Source: Saccharolobus solfataricus (lineage in GTDB: Archaea > Thermoproteota > Thermoprotei_A > Sulfolobales > Sulfolobaceae). Taken from it: a stretch of DNA of 32,000 bases. Positions 25,504-32,000 of the stretch are shown here, piece by piece (within the stretch, counting starts at the first letter, position 1; each line of letters begins with the position of its first letter). A program made the translations under genes and the position numbers. The stretch covers positions 1,680,001 to 1,712,000 of the forward strand of contig NZ_LT549890.1 in the NCBI RefSeq assembly GCF_900079115.1. The letters run 5' to 3'. A model generated the notes under the pieces. That model searched no databases. It was not told the origin of the DNA and saw only the letters and a list, made by a program, of their open reading frames with translations.

Positions 25504-25815
25504 CTAATTCCTCATAAATAGACCGCCTACATAGCTAGGGAAGGTTAGCGTCAGTAAATGTTAAGAATAAGCGCAATTTAGCTATCCACCTTTCCTAAAA
25601 AATTGTTTAGATACAACGAAATGACGAGTATGAACTCTTGAATTTTGAATATGCTATTACGTTCTTACCTACTAGAACTTTTTACATTGATCAAGAGTAA
25701 AGGAAAAAAAAAGGTGTTTAAGATAAATCTAATTGAGGAAAATGGGGAAAAAGTTTAAAGTTAATATTATAGGATTGATTGTCATAGCAAGTTATTACGC
25801 GGATACGGGTAGTAG

Positions 25816-26238
25816 TTGTTAGAGGTGTTCGTAGTGTTTATTGACGACCCAACCTTCTATTATTGGTTGGTTTTACAATCGTTGATTAATTATATAAGTG
25901 GTACAATAGTTTTTGTACCAATATATTTTAAACTAATGCAGGAAAATTACCAGAGAAACTTAAGAATAGTAGCTTTAGGATGGTATGGTATAAATACGTT
26001 ATTAGGTATCTTTGGATTTTTAATATATAAATACTTCTATCACCAGATCGTGCCACTATACGTCCTATTCGGGATCACCCTAAGTACTATAGCATTTTTT
26101 GCTATTTTAGGTTTCATGTACTCTGGTATTAGTTTCGACTTCTTCAACAATCCCCACAAGTTAGAAACAAAAAGAGTTATAATCGGCATGATAATTTCTG
26201 TAATAGGGATAATATTAACTGTCATCCTATTTCTTTGA
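25816..26238 (+). CDS. Small membrane protein (4 TM), function unknown
   Basis: 140 aa with four hydrophobic segments. The start is TTG/GTG-type per the ORF track. Confidence 0.45.
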   Translation: MLEVFVVFIDDPTFYYWLVLQSLINYISGTIVFVPIYFKLMQENYQRNLRIVALGWYGINTLLGIFGFLIYKYFYHQIVPLYVLFGITLSTIAFFAILGFMYSGISFDFFNNPHKLETKRVIIGMIISVIGIILTVILFL

Positions 26239-26335
26239 CCAATATCATAGTTATTCAATTTTTAATTGGTTGGCTCTCTTTATCCAAATTAGTATTTTCC
26301 GTACACCACAAATTCATTATTCCGAAATTAACTAA

Positions 26336-26619
26336 AAGAATATTATATCAAGAGATCCAAAGTGTATAATTATAGAACTAGCATGGGGAGATGGAGCTAC
26401 TTCTAAGCCTAATGAGTGGATTGAACTGCTAAGACAGAAGGGATTTAAAATATTTTTATTCAGATTAACTGCTAATAGAAAAGATATTGAAGAAAGAGTT
26501 AGGGAAAGGTATGAAAAAACTCATGAAGGACCTACCGTTAATAGTGCTCTTGAAATTTATGATTGGTATATGAATAAAAAATGTTTTATCGATTTTCCTA
26601 AAAAATGTGGATTGAACGA
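26336..26619 (+). pseudogene. Start-less fragment resembling the C-terminal part of a P-loop kinase (AAA_33-like); 3' end at the IS junction
   Basis: The open frame reads ..CIIIELAWGDGATSKPNEWIELLRQKGFKIFLFRLTANRKDIEERVRERYEKTHEG...FPKKCGLN. There is no P-loop and no start codon after the stop at 26333-26335. Confidence 0.3.
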
Positions 26620-27993
<1,374 letters not shown>

Positions 27994-28055
27994 TTCCGAC
28001 ATAAGAAAATAGCAGTAATAGAAAATCTTTTTCTTTTTAATTTATTCTCTAGTTA

Positions 28056-28586
28056 TCAATTAGGTTTAGTTAGATACGTCTTTCTACCTATATTTATCAA
28101 TCCTACTATTCCAACTATTTTTATTACATCCCCTATTACCGCAACTATTCCCAAGTTAGTTAGATATAGAGGCAATCCGATGGTAAATAATAGTGCACCC
28201 CAAAAGAATAACGAGGAGTAGATTTTGGAAAAGCTTAACGTATTTAAATAAATCGATATTCCAGCAATAGGTTCAAATATATACCCTAACACTATAACTT
28301 CTATCCCCAGGAAATTTCCCATATAAGCTAAGATCATCCCTATAAGCGTTATTACTATCGCAGGAATTGCAAAATAGTTCAAGATCCATTGTTTTCTTAA
28401 CCCGCTTCTTCGATAGCTAAGATAAGATGGGATTGCCAAAATCCACACGAACGTAATTAGGATTAAGAATGTTTTGGACAAGGCAAAGTAGATACCATTT
28501 TCTAGAAGTAGAATTAGCCCATATAGTATGATTATTGAGGCGATAAAGCTAATTACATTCCCTTGGAGTAAGAATCTACCATTCAT
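28056..28586 (-). CDS. Membrane protein (5-6 TM), function unknown
   Basis: 176 aa, hydrophobic throughout. It lies downstream of and co-oriented with the acyl-CoA synthetase gene. Confidence 0.55.
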   Translation of the reverse strand: MNGRFLLQGNVISFIASIIILYGLILLLENGIYFALSKTFLILITFVWILAIPSYLSYRRSGLRKQWILNYFAIPAIVITLIGMILAYMGNFLGIEVIVLGYIFEPIAGISIYLNTLSFSKIYSSLFFWGALLFTIGLPLYLTNLGIVAVIGDVIKIVGIVGLINIGRKTYLTKPN

Positions 28587-28641
28587 ATTTATCTACTCGT
28601 TTTTGTCAAAATAAACTCTTGTTAAAAGGTTTTTATGAAAA

Positions 28642-30624
28642 TTACTCTAATACGATTCTCACATCTACAGCAAAGGCACCGTTCTCGTTGACGAACAGAG
28701 GATTGATATCCATTTCCTTTACGTTCAAATCAACTATCATTCTTGATACTCTAGTAATTGCCCTTATTATTGAGCTCTCATCATATCCTCTCTTTCTTGC
28801 ATTCAACATATCGTGAATCTTGCTCTCAACTAATAACTCTTGTGCCTCATCCTCGTATACTGGTGAAAGAGCATAAGCTACGTTCTTAAGCACTTCAACG
28901 TAAATTCCACCACTGCCTATTAATATTACATGACCAAATACTGGATCTTTCAAACCTCCTATAAATACTTCCAGTCCGTTTAATTGCTGTTGGATTAGTA
29001 CTCTGCTAGTTATCTTTGACAATTCGCTATAAACTTTCTTAACGTCCTCTTTCTCAACGTTAACTACTACTCCCTTAAGTTCAGTTTTATGTAGTGGGGT
29101 ATCTGGAGATATCTTCATCACTACCGGATAACCTATACTATCTGCAACGTTTTGTGCCTCATTCTCGTTATTGGCTAATCCCCATTTCGGAGTCCTAATC
29201 CCGTAAATTTCCATAAGTTTCAGAGCTTCAAAATCCTTGAGAGTCTTTTTCCCCTTAACTAATTCTAAAGCAGCCTCGATCGGCTGTACAGTCCTTATTT
29301 TCTTTCTGGGTGTTGGTCTAGAAGTGTAATATTTAATCGCTTTTACAGCATCCTCTGGAAAAGTATATCCTGGAATTCCGGTCGTTTCCAATATTTTTAA
29401 TGCCATATCCTCATCTAAGCCCATGGTTACGCCAATCACTCCTTTCCCTTTGAAATTGGATATAACCCTAGCAACGTCACTACAACTTACCATGGGTAAG
29501 GACTGTACTATCACCAATTTAGTACAATCTAGACTGCTAACGATTTTCAACGCATTGTGATATCTCTCCCTATCGGCGTCTCCAGTTAGATCAAGGGGAT
29601 TTTTAGGAAGGGATGTAGGTGGGAGTATTTTAGTTAGTTCTTTCTTCATCCATTCTGGGATTTCCACCAGTCTAAGCCCATTTTTGTCTATCTCATCAGA
29701 AACTAGTACACCATGTCCACCAGAGTTAGTTATAACTAAGAGTTCCTCACTTATCGGTTCAGAGTACATTAATATCTTAGCCAAGTTTAACATGTCGTGA
29801 AGGTTATCCACTAAGATCCCACCTATTGTATTAACAGCTGCTTTAAACACCTCAAATGATCCAGCTAAACTGCCAGTATGTGTTTTAGCAGCCGAAGCTC
29901 CGCTACTACTGACTCCTCCTTTCAAAAAGACCACAGGTTTTCTTCTAGTAGCCTCGGGTAGTTCTTCAAGGAAAGCATTTCCATCTGATACCCCTTCTAA
30001 ATAAACGAATATTGCTCTAGTCTCAGCGTCCTTTGATAGGTAATTGATGACTTCATATTCCTTCACATCAGCTTGATTGCCTAAACTCACCATATAGCTT
30101 ATCCCTATCCGATACTTCTGAGCCCAGTTCAACATATAAACTCCTAGCCCACCGCTTTGAACCACTAAACCTACATTTCCTCTCTTTACGTCGGTGTAAG
30201 TAAAGGTCGCATTAAATTCCGGTGTAATAATTCCAAAGGTGTTTGGTCCTAAAACCCTAATCCCTCCTTTTCGTGCGATACTTATTACCTCGTTTTCCAA
30301 TTTTTCCTCGCCAACTTCCCTAAATCCGGCAGTAATTACTATGGAAGCTTTCACTCCTTTTTCTACAAATTCTTCCATTGTTTGAGGAACAACTTCTCTG
30401 GGAACAGCAATTACGCCTAAATCAATATCATCAGGGATTTCCTTTACGCTTTTGTAAGCCTTTACTCCCTCAACGTCTTCCGCTTTGGTATTAATTGGAT
30501 ATAATTTACCTTGAAATGTAGAGAGCAAATTTCTAAATATAACGTTTCCAACTTTCTCCTTATGCCTTGAGGCACCAACAACTGCAATGCTCCTAGGCTT
30601 AAACAAGTAGTTTAATTCGTCCAT
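28642..30624 (-). CDS. ADP-forming (NDP-forming) acetyl/acyl-CoA synthetase, fused alpha-beta type
   Basis: 660 aa. N-terminal CoA-binding domain (KPRSIAVVGAS), succinyl-CoA-synthetase-like ligase domains (SGGLG, the phosphohistidine-loop-like GASAAKTHTGSLAG) and a C-terminal ATP-grasp (EALKLMEIYGIRTPKW...IGYPVVMKI). Confidence 0.85.
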   Translation of the reverse strand: MDELNYLFKPRSIAVVGASRHKEKVGNVIFRNLLSTFQGKLYPINTKAEDVEGVKAYKSVKEIPDDIDLGVIAVPREVVPQTMEEFVEKGVKASIVITAGFREVGEEKLENEVISIARKGGIRVLGPNTFGIITPEFNATFTYTDVKRGNVGLVVQSGGLGVYMLNWAQKYRIGISYMVSLGNQADVKEYEVINYLSKDAETRAIFVYLEGVSDGNAFLEELPEATRRKPVVFLKGGVSSSGASAAKTHTGSLAGSFEVFKAAVNTIGGILVDNLHDMLNLAKILMYSEPISEELLVITNSGGHGVLVSDEIDKNGLRLVEIPEWMKKELTKILPPTSLPKNPLDLTGDADRERYHNALKIVSSLDCTKLVIVQSLPMVSCSDVARVISNFKGKGVIGVTMGLDEDMALKILETTGIPGYTFPEDAVKAIKYYTSRPTPRKKIRTVQPIEAALELVKGKKTLKDFEALKLMEIYGIRTPKWGLANNENEAQNVADSIGYPVVMKISPDTPLHKTELKGVVVNVEKEDVKKVYSELSKITSRVLIQQQLNGLEVFIGGLKDPVFGHVILIGSGGIYVEVLKNVAYALSPVYEDEAQELLVESKIHDMLNARKRGYDESSIIRAITRVSRMIVDLNVKEMDINPLFVNENGAFAVDVRIVLE

Positions 30625-30678
30625 ACTATCCCTTTATCACCTCTTTTCTTATATATCTTTTTAGTATTTGCAAGTGTA

Positions 30679-30878
30679 GGGAACAATTTCATGCATTTGA
30701 AATTTAGTTTAAATTCCTCTAAACCTCTTTCGTCAAATGCTTCAATTGTGTAGCAAAGTTTCTGAAAAAGGGTTTAAAAATCGTAACATCTTCTCCTTAT
30801 CAACATCTAAATCATATGTTGAGTTGAAGATAAACGGATACTTTATACAATTTATGCTAAATAAACAAAACTGTTATC
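30679..30878 (+). mobile_element. MITE-like element of about 200 bp
   Basis: Colinear with 4061-4255 and, in its left part, with 1504-1582. Termini are gggaacaattt and aaacaaaactgttatc. Confidence 0.6.
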
Positions 30879-30970
30879 AATACTTGTATTTGTTGAATTG
30901 AAGCGATTCACTTGTTATAACTATCTCTCAAGTAAAAAGGGTAAAAATAGGAAAGAAAAAATATTATCTT

Positions 30971-31600
30971 TTATGGAGGATGTGCAAGATGAGCTGGGAT
31001 AGTCTCAACTGCAATGAACGCACCTATAATCCCTGCAATTATAACAAATATCCAGAATAGTATGAAGAATGCGTACATCCATCCTTCTAGCTTTGGATCC
31101 TTAACTCCTTGTTGATCTCTAAGTCTGTCCAACGCTAAGGTTACTGGGTATCCTAGAATACCAGCTATTCCATAAGTAGTGTATAGGGCTAATAGTGCTA
31201 ACGGTTCTTTAGTTAGTCCCAAGTTATAGCCTGAAGCACCATAGTATATAGTTATTAAGCCTACGAATAAGGCGAAAATTCCAGTACTCTGTAATCTCTT
31301 TCCCATGTATACGGTAACTGAATAGGAAAGGATCGTAATGCCCAGCAATAAGTACACGTCATAAAACAATATGTTATAGCTCCCTGGTAAAGTCCAAGAG
31401 AATTCCCCCCATAAGCTCAGTATTATAATTATCGTACCAAGAATTGCAGCCGGAAGTATTGAGTCATCAAGACTTCTCTTTATTGCCTCATAACCAGTCT
31501 TTCTAAATCCTATGAAAGCTTGAACTGTAGTATAAGCTATTAACACTGATACTAACGGTAATATAAATAACATTAAACCCAAGTTATCAATGAAAACCAT
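30971..31600 (-). CDS. Polytopic membrane protein (about 7 TM), possibly DUF981-like
   Basis: 209 aa, hydrophobic throughout. The family name is a weak recollection only. Confidence 0.5.
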   Translation of the reverse strand: MVFIDNLGLMLFILPLVSVLIAYTTVQAFIGFRKTGYEAIKRSLDDSILPAAILGTIIIILSLWGEFSWTLPGSYNILFYDVYLLLGITILSYSVTVYMGKRLQSTGIFALFVGLITIYYGASGYNLGLTKEPLALLALYTTYGIAGILGYPVTLALDRLRDQQGVKDPKLEGWMYAFFILFWIFVIIAGIIGAFIAVETIPAHLAHPP

Positions 31601-31690
31601 TTAATCACCAAATATATACTTATCATGGTAAATATATATAGATGATATGTCTAAACATAAACAAAAGTTAAAATTTTTACACACGAGGTA

Positions 31691-31846
31691 GATTCAGTTA
31701 TCCATTGCGAATTCACTTTATTTCAAAGGTTGTTACGAAATTAACTAAACGAAGACGACTAATTAGCAGAGAAACACGATTGCCAATATTAACATTTTTA
31801 CAACCGCATTATTTACAAATTACAATTCACAAAGGAGACCCGAATA
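31691..31846. mobile_element. MITE-like element of about 155 bp, copy C
   Basis: gattcagttatccattgcgaattcactttatttcaaa...aattacaattcacaaaggagacccgaat is colinear with 2462-2616. Confidence 0.65.
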
Positions 31847-32000
31847 GCTCTCTAGCCACCTCTATTCTTGCAAAATCTACTCCTTAGGAAATCCCACTAC
31901 GAAATAGAATAAATTTAACGCCCTTTCCTCATATACTTTGATGTCAATATATTTTTCGAAAATCCTTTTATGTTGAGAATTGGTGGGGACTCTCTCGTAA

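Noticed and set aside
25390-25530. Integrase fragment (SSV-type int partition product) read through the tRNA remnant on the minus strand
   Set aside because: The frame gives ..VPRPGFEPRSRARESCFVFSETFWKLVKFSGLLVYNNAKNE* with a stop just upstream and no similarity, that I can recognise, to integrase sequence beyond the att-encoded PGFEP.
26040-26258. 72-aa minus-strand ORF
   Set aside because: It is antisense to the 140-aa membrane-protein ORF, which has the cleaner TM pattern. Neither is strongly supported.
28619-28816. 65-aa plus-strand ORF
   Set aside because: It is antisense to the 3' end of the acyl-CoA synthetase gene.
31705-31887. 60-aa plus-strand ORF
   Set aside because: It lies inside MITE copy C, and the equivalent frame is not conserved in copies A and B.

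Overview
AT-rich crenarchaeal chromosome, Sulfolobales-like (Saccharolobus/Sulfolobus solfataricus type), judged from a Sulfolobus-type zinc ferredoxin, ISC-like insertion sequences, MITEs, an archaeal C/D box sRNA and leaderless TATA-driven genes. The window is dominated by mobile DNA. It holds three near-identical copies plus one solo end of a 1209-bp IS5-family element, an ISC1359-sized IS4/ISH3-like element and an ISC1234-sized IS5-like element. It also holds two decayed IS110-family elements, an orphan IS607-type serine recombinase and two MITE families. The main structural result concerns a zinc-ferredoxin gene (zfx). It is split into an N-terminal half (11999-12152) and a C-terminal half (27829-27993). 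The 15,676 bp between them is bounded by two inverted IS copies and flanked by a 4-bp TCGT duplication, which is composite-transposon (Tn5/Tn10-like) geometry. The cargo has two parts. One is a very AT-rich block of uncharacterised genes: a helical 300-aa protein with a polytopic membrane protein, convergent with a small acidic protein, an internally duplicated 280-aa protein and an MFS transporter. The other is a relic of an integrated element: RHH and wHTH proteins, a tRNA 3'-half att-like remnant and an unlisted C/D box sRNA. Housekeeping-like genes outside the transposon are an AIM24-family protein, an RCK-gated K+-channel-like protein, a U32-family protein, TusA, a hemerythrin/membrane-protein operon, an ADP-forming acyl-CoA synthetase and several membrane proteins. 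There is also a three-member family of coiled-coil/PD-(D/E)XK-like proteins in three states of decay. No CRISPR array, rRNA or intact tRNA gene was seen. All family names rest on motif recognition by eye. IS names are size/TIR-based guesses that need ISfinder or BLAST confirmation.
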